Shown: positions 34,470 to 50,585 of the stretch, one piece after another | How the letters are laid out: each line of letters opens with the position of its first letter | Numbering within the stretch: the stretch's first letter is position 1 | Assembly: GCA_000442015.1 (NCBI GenBank) | Contig: KE560907.1 | Span: 1-64,000 of the forward strand | Length of the DNA: 64,000 nucleotides | Direction of reading: 5' to 3' | Origin: Rozella allomycis CSF55 | Taxonomy: Eukaryota | The notes under the pieces: generated by a model | What the model saw: the letters and a program-made list of their open reading frames with translations, nothing else | What the model was told of the DNA's origin: nothing | Databases searched by the model: none | Made by a program: the position numbers and the translations under genes

Positions 34470-37015
34470 TTATTTATTAAAATTTTGCAGAGACTTATAT
34501 CTACTATATTCATTTTGAGAAAGTGAAGGGACAAGATTTTTGGCGGATTGGATCAAATCTTCTTGGTTTACGATAGCTTGAACTTTATCCAAAGGTAAAG
34601 AAACAATAAATTCGTCCAATGAAGCTTCGGGGTGATAAATTTTGTGTTCATGAAAAGATTTGTCGATTTCTTTTATTAGTCTTTCAATTGATAGCAAACT
34701 AGCTTGTTTGCAAATTGAGGATAGATCAGCACTGGAAGCCAAAGGAGGACAACAGTCAGCCAAATATTCAAAATCTATTTTGTCAACTTTCAATCTTAAT
34801 TTAATTTTCAAAAGGATTATTTACTTTGATAGAGACGATTTTAACACGTGGATTTTATCAGCATTTGATTCAGGTAGCCCCACATATACGGATTTATCAA
34901 ATCTACCAGGCCTCATTAAAGAAGAATCTAAAAGATCTTTTTAAAGAAGTAAAGTAAACTTACCAGGTCTATTTGTTGCTGCCATGACAAATAAATCATC
35001 TTGACTTAGAGAATCCAGTTCGGACAGTAATTGAGAGACAACTCTGTCCATAACACCGCCAGCATCATTGGAGTATCCTCTAGAAGGAGCAATGGCATCA
35101 ATTTCATCAAAGAAAATAATGCAAGGTCTATTTTGTCGTGCTTTCTGAAATATTGAACGAACATTCGCTTCACTTTCGCCAACGTACATGTTTAATAGTT
35201 CAGGTCCCTTAACTGGAATAAAATTTAACGAGCATTCATTTGCGACTGCTTTGGCTAATAATGTTTTTCCATTCCCTGGAGGTCCAAAAAGTAAAATTCC
35301 AGACCTCTTTTTTATTTGACTGTTAAATAGTTCAGGATGATGAAGCGGCAACAAAAATGTATCCATAACGTTCCGTTTAATTGATTCAAGCCCTCCTATG
35401 TCTGCCCACTTTGTGTCCGGAATACAAATCGAATCTTGCATGCACTTTCTGAACTCCTTTACATTTATTTTCTTGTCTAACGAAAGATTTCTTAAATCCA
35501 TCGCTGTGAATCCTGATGTTTCTTTAGCTAGCTCTTCACTTTGGTCTTTGGGTATTTCGTAAAATTCCAAAATTTCCTTCCTTTCCATTTGATTTGGAAT
35601 CGGTAATTCTACAACCTCGCAACAAAGAGAAAGAAAATCTTCAATCTTGTCTTTCTCTTCTTCAACTATAAATATTACAACATCCTTTGATTCAATTAGC
35701 AATAGTTCTAGCTCTTCATAAATTATGGAAACTATTAAACAGAATACATTAATTTACTCAACTCTTCAGCATCAATTGATTTCTCTTCTTTAAGAGCAAT
35801 TTTACTCAAATTGGTTACGTTAATAATGCATGGCCCTCTATTTGACAATTCACTCAACTTTTCACTTATTTTATTTATTGTTTGATTATTTATTGCCCCG
35901 TCTTTAAAAATTATACAATCCAATTCAAATAGTGGGACGAATAGTCTGCGCGCCAAGTTCTCAACAAAAGTCTTCTTCCCAATTCCCTTTTTACCATTCA
36001 AAGAAATTAAACAAGGTTTCTTCATATCAAGATACTTATTTAAATCATCAAGTACTTTGAAGAAGATTTCAGGCATTGGTTTCACATCTGCAACATCGTA
36101 TGGTAATTTAGAGCCTAAGATTCCTTTTTGATATATTTTAGTCTTTGAATTCATTTTATGAAAGCCAGTCGAAGAATAATTTGGCTCTATTTGAGTGACC
36201 TTGAAGTAGATCTGATATTCGCAACTTTCAACATTCGCAAATTTTTCAAAAGACCAATCAGAAGCACATTTCTTTATTGTTTCTTTCAATTCATCAATTT
36301 TTACGCTAATAATCATTCCATTGAATATCGTTTCCGTTTGCATCAATTGTTTTTGAATGTACTCTGAGTAATCCACATTTCCCCGTTTTATGAATTCAGG
36401 GCATACAACGCGTGTTAAAATGATACTTTCAGCTGATGGATGATGAACGTGAGATTTATTTCTAGTCAGACCATTTCTTGGCGTCAATTTCATCATATGA
36501 ATTCCTCTCAACGATAAATTGGAATACAAAAGCGAGTTTATGTAAGCTTTCGATTCATTTGACTCTCCTTCGCTTTGTATTTGACATTTAAGTTGCAAAG
36601 TTTGACTCAAGAATTCAAGTTCAACCTATAATTATGGTATTTGGCAAATTTTACTATATCCCCTTTATATACACCAAGATTATAGCAAAGTTGATCATTC
36701 AACAAAATTGAATCCATTGGTACCTGTCTTTGGCAAGCCTCTAATGTGACCCAGAGCGAATCAATTGGAAACTTGCATTTTGAATTAGTTAATTTAACTT
36801 CAACTATTGTGTTTTCGTTGCCTATATAATGAGTAAAGCTGCAGTTTACATTTTCCCGAAGCATGGGGATATGCCATGGCTACTTTATAGTTATTTCCCA
36901 CAACGTCCCCTTCTTTGACAACCAATTTATCTGAAATAGCTCTGTGGATTAAAGTTTTACCTACATTAGGAATATCATCACATGTTTCTGCTTCCAACAA
37001 CACAAACTCCACCAT
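34470..37015 (-). CDS. PEX6: Peroxisomal AAA ATPase Pex6
   Basis: [72 protein letters not shown]. Confidence 0.92.
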
Positions 37016-37166
37016 TTCCCTTTTAAGAAAAATTGAAAACTGAAAATGAATTATTAATTATTGCATTCTTCATTCCTTCTGCATTAATGAAAACATTATA
37101 ATTGCAAATCTTTCCGAACTGGAACGGAATACCCTGAAAAATCTAAAGTTTTAAAATTCTTAGATC

Positions 37167-38195
37167 ATGTACGACATAACACCTGTGTACAAAATATCAA
37201 ATGGTAATACATGATACTAAAATTTAAAAGGAAAAAGAGCAGTGGAGCCATATGACTTTGTGTACAAGACGTTTGCCAAACGAAGATGGGTTGGTCGCAC
37301 AAATTATATGATGTATTTTCCAAAGAATTTAGAGATAAAGCAAATGACTACTACGTAAATATTGAATTATACATAGAAATTTTAGTTGAAGGCTATTAAA
37401 GATGGCAGAATAAAAGTAAATGGAAAATTTGTCAGTCCAGACACTATTTTGAGAGATAATGATAAGATTACACATGCACTACGGCGAGAGGAACCAGATG
37501 TGTCTAATGATGAAATTGAAATAATTTCTCAGTCCGAAGATCTGCTGGTTGTTAATAAACCCGCCTCAATACCCGTTCACCCAACAGGCCGATACAGTTT
37601 TAACACGTTAACTATGATCTTGCGCTATGTCCACGGATTTACACAAACATTATACTGTAATAATTATTTCGGTTATTTGAAAGTGATTAATAGAATTGAT
37701 AGATTAGTTTCTGGAATAGTTTTAATAGCCCTGAATAAGCAAAAGGCATCTGAAATGCACGAATTAATGGCTTCAAGACTTTTGAAAAAGACATATATTG
37801 CTAAAGTTCATGGAAGAGTCGAATGGTAATGAAATTATTTTGAACGAACCTGAAGGGATGAACACAAGTGCGAACTGCCGCTTAAAATTGTTGACCACAA
37901 AGCAGGAATTACAAAAGTGGATTTAAAAGATGGAAAAGAATGTGTGACATTGTTTAAAAAAGTGCATTTAGGTGATGATTACTCTATAGTTGAATGTCAA
38001 CCACTCACTGGTAGATCTCACCAAATTAGAGTACATTTACAATCTATTGGGCATTCAATATTTCATGATGTGCACTATGGTTCTCCTGCTGTCTCAGAAG
38101 ATGCGTCAATCTGCCTTCATTCCTTGCGATATTCGTATGAAAATGTATGGTCATATGAAACAGCCAAACCCAAATGGGCATTGCATCATGAATAA
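37167..38195 (+). CDS. RluA-family pseudouridine synthase (Rib2/Pus9/RPUSD2-like), with an apparent frameshift near 37299
   Basis: KTFAKRRW, EFRD, VVNKPASIPVHPTGRY, NRIDRLVSG, PLTGRSHQIRVHLQ. Confidence 0.88.
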
Positions 38196-38285
38196 TAAAG
38201 CTTTTTATCTTTAAAAAAATCAATGAAATGTTTATTAAAATAGTTCTCTTTTGGTCTCAAATCTTTACCCAGCCACACAAATAAA

Positions 38286-39055
38286 ATGAAGAACGATGGA
38301 GCCCCCAAGCTACCGAGAACATTCGAAGAAAAAGAGACTATGAAGCGCTTAATAGTGGTTATCGAAGGAGCGACACTCGAAACAGTTCGTGTTGGCAAGA
38401 GCAAAGACGCTCCATACCAGCTTTTGAACTGTGATGACCACCAGGGCATTATTAAGCGCCACGGGAAGGAGATAGCCGACTATAGACCGGATATAACGCA
38501 TCAGGTACGATTATCACGAAATTTGTAAAAGTGTTTGTTGGCGCTTCTAGATTCGCCATTGAACAAAGCCGGACTTTTGCAAGTCTATATCCATACACAG
38601 AAGAATGTTTTGATTGAAATCAACCCGCATACACGTATTCCGCGTACTTTTAAACGATTTTGCGGGCTGTTTGGTAATATACTGTTTGTTGGGTTACTAG
38701 TTCAACTGTTGCATAAATTATCGATTAGATCTGTGAATGGCAGTGAAAAGCTTTTGAAGATTATCGAGAATCCTATTACGAATCATTTGCCTACAAAGTG
38801 TCGCAAGATTGGTAAGAATGATGTGTGAAGTTTATAGGTTTATCGTATGATGCTCCGGTTGTAGATATCAATGAGTATGTGAAGGAGATTCCGGGCGACG
38901 AGCCTGTTGTATTTTTCTTGGGAGGAATGGCCCACGGTGTAGATAATTTCCCGGATGCAGAAGAAAGTGTATCTATAAGCAATTATTCCTTATCTGCAGC
39001 AGCTGCCTGTTCTAGATTGTGTCATGCATATGAGAGTTTGTGGAACGTTGTTTGA
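38286..39055 (+). CDS. EMG1: 18S rRNA pseudouridine methyltransferase Nep1/Emg1
   Basis: [45 protein letters not shown]. Confidence 0.96.
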
Positions 39056-39199
39056 AAGCACAATAAATTTAAATGCATTTCATTATCGCCGGTTATATTT
39101 TCTACTAAATAGTTAGTTTTATGTGTGACTGTGTCTATAATTAATTCCCCATTCTTTGCCTTTGAATTCACTAGAGCCACACCCTTGTAAATTAACAGA

Positions 39200-41798
<2,599 letters not shown>

Positions 41799-41900
41799 AC
41801 CAATTTAATTATTTTTTAAATATATTCAGCAAGTATTGAGGATGTAGATATTGAAGATTTTGAAAAGATGAGATAAATGAAATATTTGACAATGTCTTTA

Positions 41901-43542
41901 TTACATTTTCTGACAAAATTCAATTGCTTTCATAGGATCAACCATTCCATGACCAAATACATTATTCGGTACAGATTTAATAGTATCAGAGCCACAATTT
42001 TCTGTGGTAAACAAGGGCTTGGCGGTGCGTTTTATGATTTCACTTAATGCATCAACATTCCAAACAATAAAAGGGCATGCTTCGACCAACAGTAGGATAA
42101 TTCCAGATATATGTGGAGATGCCATCGACGTACCACTCAAAGACGCAAACCGGTCTGGTGGATATGCAGCTCTTTTAACACAAAACACGATCAACTTACA
42201 GAATGTTCACACCCGGCGCGGAAATGTCAGGTTTGGTGTAATTATGGAGACCCAGAAGATTAACAGGCCCCCTTGAACTGAACCACGCAATAAGATCACT
42301 TTTGAAAGACGTCGCACCTACAGACATAACTGACGGCTAGATAAAAATGATCCAATGTCAATACCTCGAAACCGGGTGGCGCTTGTATCGTTTCACATTT
42401 CGGTCCTTCATTTCCAGCACTAACCGACATGAAAATTCCAGCCATTTTCAGTGCCTTCACAGCCCGGCTAAATGCATTCGGCGCGCATCCTTCGCTTTTG
42501 GGGCAGCCGTATGAATTTCCTATCACGGTGGGTCGCTTTGCTGGATTAGGATTGTCGCCATTTAAATTGGTTGGCGCCAGGAAGAAATTCAAGCAGGACA
42601 AATAAAAGCTTGTTTTTCCCAACCCGCGGTCCATATTCCTGCATGCAATGAATTTGGACTTTGGAGCGACCCCTATTCCATTTATTCCGACAACTGTGCT
42701 TGTAGTGTGAGTGCCGTGGCCATTGTCGTCGCATGGTTCGGATGACTTGATGGAGCATTTTGCTGGACCCTTGCCGATCTCCTCGGTCACTGCGTCCCAC
42801 CAATCTATACAGAAGAGATAATTTAAAGTACTGTAGTTGTGGTTGATCACGCCGTTGTCTTCGACACCCCTGTAATTTCGAAACAAAAATGGGTGTCTCC
42901 ATTCAACGCCAGTGTCTGCTGAAGCAAATACATGGCCTTTTCCTTCAATTCCTTTTTTCCAGACTTTATCAATACCAATATATTTAATATTCCACTGGGT
43001 ATCGGCTTTAGAGAAGTTTTTGAGAATCTTTTGTTCGGACTTTGTGGCACGTGGAAGATTCACGTGAAATGATTTGTCAGGAACAATTTCTAATACTTGT
43101 TCGTGCTAAATATGAAAACTTAACTACGTATTTACTTGTGATAAAGATAGAATTCGGTGGATCGGAACTGATGCAAGAACCGAATTCGAAATTGGAAACC
43201 TTTTCACTATTTGGACATCGTCAAAGGACTGCAGAAATTTTGCCTTTCATTAGAATAATAATTAGTTACCAAGCTATTTTTGAAGTTATAATTAAGTGTG
43301 TCGTATACATATTGCCCTTGATGACTATGAAACAAGCCAGATTGCACATAATATTCTCTATTAACATCAATATCATTTAATTTCATTAAAAAATTAACGT
43401 TATTCGCCATCGTCAAATCGGCTTCCTCTTTGAATGTTATAATATATTTGAAATGGTGGATTCTATTCAAATTGAAGAGATTGATTTGAGTTGTGAAAAC
43501 AAGGTTCAGAAGCAATGAGAAAAGAAAAACTTTTAGCTGCAT
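41901..43542 (-). CDS. Secreted S8 subtilisin-like protease (bacillopeptidase F-like)
   Basis: Signal peptide and catalytic motifs [28 protein letters not shown]. Confidence 0.9.
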
Positions 43543-43683
43543 ATTTACGTTTTTCTATTGTATGGATTTTGCTCCTATGACAACAATTAAAACAGATATA
43601 TCCCAAAGACGTCATTTATTTAACTTTCCGGTGCAAAACAAAAATATGACTAAAATGTTAATAAAGTTTCAATTTAAATACAT

Positions 43684-44615
43684 TTATTCCAAATCATCAA
43701 GAGTAGACTCTACAATTCCTTCTTCCTGAGCCGTGTTCCTCGAGGCTTCATCCTTTTCCTTTTGTGTGACATTTAATTTTCGTCTATAACAAAATATAGA
43801 TTAATTTTACTTTTTTATTATAACAGGCTGGAAAATTGGCTCTTCCAACGAAAAGGGAGGAGTATTTTGGAGAGCAACATTTGAGGGCACTAAATCTTCA
43901 ACAGCTGCATTTACAGATGTTCCATCTGCATTATCATTAGATTCATCTGTTTCGTTTTTGTTGATTGGTTCTGTTCTTTCTTTAAGCAATTTACGTATTT
44001 TTGCCTTCTTTTTATTCAATAATTCGACAGATTTTATAACCAATTCTTCAGTATTTTTGTTAAAATTGTCTTCTTTTTCAACTAGAGATTCTTCCAGAAG
44101 AATTATTCTATCTTTGAGGATATCGATTTCATTTCTATATTGAAGGGTCTTTTGCTATGATCAACATCTTTGAATGCTATTACCTCCAAATCGATACTAT
44201 GAGCTATCAAGTCCCACCAGCAATCATAAGAACTTTGATGAAAACTTTTAAAGCAAATAATTTTGAAAAGAACAAGATGGACTCCTGGTGTAGCTTCAAA
44301 AACTATTTCGATTTCCGCTTCCTTATCATCCATACTTCTAATTTCAAAAGATATTTTAGGCAGCTCAACATCATCCGAGAGGAAAATAGCCTCTTCAATT
44401 ATCTTTGTATCTTTTAGTTGAGTATTTTTGTCAATCAAGTTTTGAAACAATACTATTACTATAAATCTATTAGTTTACTTTTATCAGACGTATAAACCTT
44501 ATCGTCATTCAATAATTTCGCTGTAAAATCAGTTTTGTTTTCATACTCTAGGCACAGGATACAACGGGTCAAGTTGTCTGAATTTTTTTCTTTCACTTTT
44601 CTCCACGATTTCATT
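43684..44615 (-). CDS. Probable XRCC4/Lif1-like NHEJ factor
   Basis: Beta-rich head, then a coiled coil ending ELLNKKKAKIRKL, similar to the XRCC4 ligase-IV-binding LVLNEKKTKIRSL. Confidence 0.6.
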
Positions 44616-44730
44616 TTGCTTTTTGGGACTTGGCGGGAAACAAAAGTCTAAATATATGCTTGTACTGGTTCGTTTTAATGAACCACAAACTATTGTGGCT
44701 AGGTTTCCGACGTTTTACGTTTCTACAAAA

Positions 44731-45251
44731 ATGCAGCGATTACCATGTATTCGAACTCTCCTTAAATTAAACTTTCAGAATATCAGATTTTATCACGAAA
44801 AAGTACATTTATTGAGTTAAATACATTCAAGGTCATCGATCATTATGAAAGGCCCAGAAATGTTGGCTCTCTTTCAAAGTCGGATAAGAATGTTGGAACA
44901 GGTTTAGTTGGCGCACCAGCTTGTGGTGGTAAAATTTATTTTTGCGTATTAATAGATGTGATGAAACTTCAAATTAAGGTAGATGCCAAAGGCGTCATTG
45001 AAGATGTAAAGTTCAAAACATTTGGATGTGGATCAGCAATAGCATCGTCTTCCTTGGCAACAGAATGGATCAAAGGCAAATCCTTGGATGAAGCCATGTC
45101 AATCAAAAACACCGACATAGCCAGAGAGCTATCTTTACCTCCAGTCAAACTACATTGCTCAATGCTGGCAGAAGACGCCATAAAGTCTGCAATAAAAGAT
45201 TACAAAGCCAAGCAAAACTCAGGAGACGTTAATCCTCAAGAAGATAAATAA
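44731..45251 (+). CDS. ISU1: Mitochondrial Fe-S scaffold protein IscU
   Basis: YHEKVIDHYERPRNVGS, GLVGAPACGDVMKLQI, FKTFGCGSAIASSS, LPPVKLHCSMLAEDAI. Confidence 0.97.
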
Positions 45252-45348
45252 TCACAATAAACTTTTGGAATAATTAGTTGCGATTTGCTTTTTCCTTTAA
45301 TGGCTATATTTACAGGTTCAATTTCAGTAGCGTAGCAACAATTCAGGA

Positions 45349-46236
45349 ATGAAAGACGTCGAGAGGGACCTTATAATTGTTTGTTTGTGCAATTTACTTA
45401 GTCTAGTCACATCATTCATTGTTGCTAGAAGATTTTATGTGAATTGTCGTACGGATGTTGGTAGACTGGCTGGTTTCCTCTGCTTTGCATTACTTTGTGT
45501 TATGCATATTTATGGACCTGCCAGATTTATTGCCGAGACGCTGATAATGAACCAAACTTGGACAATGTATGATCATGAAACGTTTTTCGCCTATTACGGT
45601 CTAGTGGAAGCATGCATGATACATTTTTACATGATATCATTGCTTTTTCTATTCGTCTCACTTTGGGCAAAAATATCCCAAGCGATTGAATCCATGGCAT
45701 ATTTAAGGGCATTAATTTCAATGATTCTAAGTAGAAAGTCATTTCAATATTTCTTTCAAATTCAAGCTTGCCAATTGATTTTAACAATTGTCACTCAGAT
45801 TGCATTCATTAATTATAATTTTTTTATGGGCTATTCTATTCGTGTCTTTTTGGATTGTTTTATGATGTTCGCTCAATTCGTGATAATGGTGCCTTTTATG
45901 ATGAGAATAGTTTTCACCATCATGCTCACTTATAGAAAAATGAAGTATCTCAATATGAAAAGTCAGTTAAATCTAACTCAAATGTTCATTCTGGCGGGTT
46001 CACTGGGATATGCATCCTTAATCATAATTGCGTATATCGTGAAAGCTATAGAGGGTCCAGTACAAATTTTGACAACTGAGGCCTACAGCACTGCCAATTT
46101 GAAAAACAGGATCTTTGTTCGCAGCTTCTCACCAATAATCGGGTACATTCTCTCGGGGTCATTAGGAGCGGGGTTTGCATTTCCATTTTTGTCGAAAAAT
46201 TCAGGCTCAAAAGCAACGGAAAAAGTAACGGATTGA
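45349..46236 (+). CDS. Multi-pass (about 7 TM) membrane protein, paralog of 54376-55286
   Basis: About seven hydrophobic segments. Shares CR.D.GR..GFL, MHIYGP.RF, LFVSLWAKISQA and G.GFA.PFL with the paralog. Confidence 0.75.
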   Translation: MKDVERDLIIVCLCNLLSLVTSFIVARRFYVNCRTDVGRLAGFLCFALLCVMHIYGPARFIAETLIMNQTWTMYDHETFFAYYGLVEACMIHFYMISLLFLFVSLWAKISQAIESMAYLRALISMILSRKSFQYFFQIQACQLILTIVTQIAFINYNFFMGYSIRVFLDCFMMFAQFVIMVPFMMRIVFTIMLTYRKMKYLNMKSQLNLTQMFILAGSLGYASLIIIAYIVKAIEGPVQILTTEAYSTANLKNRIFVRSFSPIIGYILSGSLGAGFAFPFLSKNSGSKATEKVTD

Positions 46237-46415
46237 AATTTCTGTAAGTATAGGGCATAGCTAGCATTGATTCTGCGAGGAGTCAATCGAGGTTTAAATG
46301 GCAAAGAACATCTAGAGCCGAATCAATTAACAAAAAGCAAAATCAATCCCATTCTGAAAGCATCCATAAGAAATAAATATTTTAATAGCATCATAATAAT
46401 ATTTAGCGTAAACAA

Positions 46416-49400
46416 ATGATTGGCCTCTCTCTATTTTTCATTCTGTCGGTGCACATTCTGTGCCTAAATTCATACTTATTTAATTCATGTTCGGGCGGTA
46501 CTCTTGATTGTGCGAAGCAAAATATTAATAACCCGCTGTCAACGACTGTTCAAAATAATTCAATTCCGTGCACCTATATTGGGTGCCCATCAATACAGTT
46601 GAATATACCATCGGGAACATATGCAATCTCAAATAAGGTTTTCGACGGATGCGTTACGTTTGGTCAATCAGCGCCATTCTTTTACGCTAGCTCATCAGCA
46701 TTTTACAATACTCTAGTCTTACAAAATGTGACATTCAGAAACTGCAAGACTCCATCTGGATTAATTATAACAATGTCTGTAAATTTGGTTTTACGAAATT
46801 TGACTGTTCAAAACAATACCTCTACCGGATCGATTTTAAGTTTAGAGAAATTTTGGACTACAAAAATACATGATAGTGTTTTTGAAAATAATTACAATGA
46901 GGAAAACGGAGGGGCCCTAGAGTTGTTGGGAATGATAACCAGTACAACAGCATACGATGTGTCTGTACTGGAGATTGGTGGTAAATTTCTATGTCGGAAC
47001 AATACATCCAAAGGATTAGGAGGTTGTTTATTCATGAGCAATATCCAGCTTAACTTTTTACAAGATAACGTGAATATCGAAATGTCGAAAAACAATGCAA
47101 CTAGAGGTGGTGCTATCTATTGGGAACAGATGTATCCAAAAGTTGATTCAATCTCATCTTTATCGAGGAATGTTTTAATGAACTTTACATCCAATGTGGC
47201 AACGTATTCTGGAGGTGCATTGTATTTGGATGGTGTCAATTTCTATGGTTTTCTTTCAAATTTAGTTATGGATGGAAACCAAGCATATTACGGCGGTGCA
47301 TTTACTATAGATAATTCATTTATTACAATGATTGGAATATTTACCAACAACTTTGCATCGTATGGTGCTGTATTTTGTATAAACAGAACTTCTGATGCAT
47401 CATCTTTAACAATTGGGGGAAATGTTAGAGGAAATTATGCGAAATATAGTGGAAGTTTTGGGCATCTTGTTGTTTTTAATTCGTCATATTTGATTCTGGA
47501 TAGCGTTTATGTTGGAACAGATATAAACTTTAGTTCAAACGATTTGACTCCAGTATCATCATGTGTGTTTTTGATAAATTCGTCACAATATTATTGCCAG
47601 ATGTCGATAGATAGATCAATTATTTATGGATCCACTAGAGCTGTTACAAGCACCTCAAGTATGATAAGTTCCACGAAGGCAAGGTTAAGCAGCAGTATGT
47701 CATCGACAGTAGCATCATCAACAGTTTCTAGTTCAAAATCGCAAACTTCATCAACATTACAAACCGCCTCAATCTTGACTACATCTTCATCAAAGCAAAC
47801 TGTAGAATTTACTATTTCTTCTTTTTCATCTTCGTCATACTTAGGCCGCGTTTCGATAACGTCAAGCACTTCTTTTCAAACGTTTTCCCCGAGTTATGAA
47901 TCAAAAATAAGCAATAGTTTTATAACGGAAGCATTTACTGATTTTCAAACAAGTAGAACAACATCTTTAACTGCGTCTTCTATTCAATCAATATCAACAC
48001 CCTTATTTATAGGATCGACTTTGTCATCTACAGTGACGACGCCTATCCAATCATCATCTACATCATCAACTGTAAAATCAACATCTACAGCATCTTCAGC
48101 CTCTTCATCANTCGAGTTATGAATCAAAAACAAGCAATAGTTTTACAACGGAAGCATTTACTGATTTTTCAACAAGTAGAACAACATTTTCAAGTGCGTC
48201 TTCTATTCAATTAATATCATCATCAATATCAACACCCTTATTTATAGGATCGACTGTGTCATCTACAGTGACGACGCCTATCCAATCTTCATCTACATTA
48301 TCAACTGCAAAATCCACATCTACAACATCTTCAACGTCTTCATCAACCGTATCATCCTCAGCATTCTCAACTACAGTATCAACAACGCTATCATCATCTA
48401 CATCACCATCTACAATAATGGAATCCAAGCAATCAAAATCTACATTAATATTTACATTAACATCTTCTACAATGTCATCTTATATGACCATACAGTCAAC
48501 ATCTGCAATATCAAAATCTACAGTATCAACGTATACACTTTATGCNTATGCAATCAACATCTATATTAACATCTTCTACAATGTCATCTTATATGGTCAT
48601 ACAATCAACATCTGCAATATCAAAATCTACAGTATCAACGTATACACTTTATGCTTCTACATTTACTTCTTTAATGCCTTCAATATCTTCTACGCTCTTA
48701 TCTTCTACAGTCNNNNNNNNNNNNNNNNNNNNNNNNNNNNNNNNNNNNNNNNNNNNNNNNNNNNNNNNNNNNNNNNNNNNNNNNNNNNNNNNNNNNNNNN
48801 NNNNNNNNNNNNNNNNNNNNNNNNNNNNNNNNNNNNNNNNNNNNNNNNNNNNNNNNNNNNNNNNNNNNNNNNNNNNNNNNNNNNNNNNNNNNNNNNNNNN
48901 NNNNNNNNNNNNNNNNNNNNNNNNNNNNNNNNNNNNNNNNNNNNNNATTATATTATTTCTAGTTCTACAGAATCAAGTAGTTCTTTAACAACTTCATCTA
49001 TAACTGGAATGACTGCAGCTTCATCAGTTGCATTTCCAATAACAACTGTACTAGTTGGATCTGCAACAGGAGCGACTGTTTTAGCGGCCATGTTAGGAAT
49101 TTTAGTTTATTTTAGAAGAAGAAAACAAGGATTGAAAAGAAATAATAAAACTAAAAAGCAATTAGCTTTAAGTGGAGTCAACCTTTTACAAAATAAATCA
49201 AGAGAAAATATTTCACAGAAACTAAAAATAGATCCAATTATTGTTAAAGATTCAATTAAATTTAAGAATGAAAATAAATTGTATTTTGATCCTGATAAAA
49301 CTTACAATGTAAATTTAAATCATTCAAAGATTGTAAACATGAATGATGTCTCTCAATTCATTGCAAAAGTCATAAGAAAAGATTCAGACGCTACAATGTC

Positions 49401-50511
49401 TAAAACAATTGACGTTTCTAACACTACAATTTTAGGTAAAAATATTCATGGAATATAAAAGATAATATTAGCGTTCCTGGCTACATGATTCTTGACTTTA
49501 AGAATGATTTAATTTTAGACTTGAAATCAAATCTTGGCAGTGGGGCAACCGCTCAAGCTGTAGTGAGTGGAAAATTATTAAACGATCTTTTCATCTTTAG
49601 AAGCGAAACAAGAGACGTCGCAATAAAATACTACAATGGTATATTAACTTTCATAAACTCTAGTAGATTCTGAAGATTTAGCTGATCTATATTTTGAAAT
49701 TGCAATTATGAAGTACTGAACATCTCCAAAATAAATTTAGCTCCCTTTTAGAAAAAAGAAACATCGCAAAGTTTGTTGGCTACTCCATAGAGCCAAGAGC
49801 CGTTGTCATGAAAAAGTATGAAGCTTCTTTACACGACGTTATCCACAATTGGAAAAGTCCCATTTCTATTGAGCAATTAATGCTTTCTGCTAAAGATATC
49901 ATCTTTGGCTTAAATGGTAGTTTGTTGCTTTAATCAAAATAGAAATGCATTCAACTGGCCTTGTTCATTTTGACGTCAAACCAAGTATTTTCTAAATATT
50001 TAATAAATCAGAAAATGTTCTAATTCAGTTTGACAAGAAACCATTTTTCACTTGTTATCTTTGTGATTTTGGGTTTTCAAATGTGCTTGGTTCAAAATCT
50101 TCAAGAAAGAAATTGGTGGCGGGGTTGAAAGGTCAAGTGAAAATTGGCATGACAAGCGCTTATGCAGCTCCAGAAGTAATCATGCTTATCAAAAACAAAT
50201 AGATGATTCACAGAATGTATTCAGATGATCCGATTCCTGAAGTCAGTGATAAAGATTTCGCTATTGATATTTACGCATACTGCATTTCAGTCTATGAATT
50301 GCTGACGAGAAAAGATCCTTGGCCTAACAAGACTGAAAAACAAATCATAGAAGACGTTTACATTAAAAAATTAACTCCACAGTTTCTAAATATTTCAAAG
50401 TTTGATGGAAATTTTGTTAATTTAATAAAGAGGGGCTGGAATTTTAATCCAAACTTTAGGCCTTCTACGAGTGACTTTATTAGATATTTCGAGTCGAATG
50501 AAAATAAATAA
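46416..50511 (+). CDS. Receptor-like protein kinase: Pmp/pectin-lyase-like beta-helix ectodomain, Ser/Thr stalk, TM, kinase domain
   Basis: Signal peptide; GGAL/GGAI/GGAF and FxxN repeats; mucin-like stalk with an assembly gap; TM followed by RRRK; kinase motifs LGSGATA, VAIK, HFDVKPKN, CDFG, YAAPE, DIYAY. Confidence 0.85.
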
Positions 50512-50585
50512 ACTTATTTCACATCATACCACATTGTATATTTTAAGTCATTCTGAATCTTGTTAATTTGTGAAATTTCCTTTTA

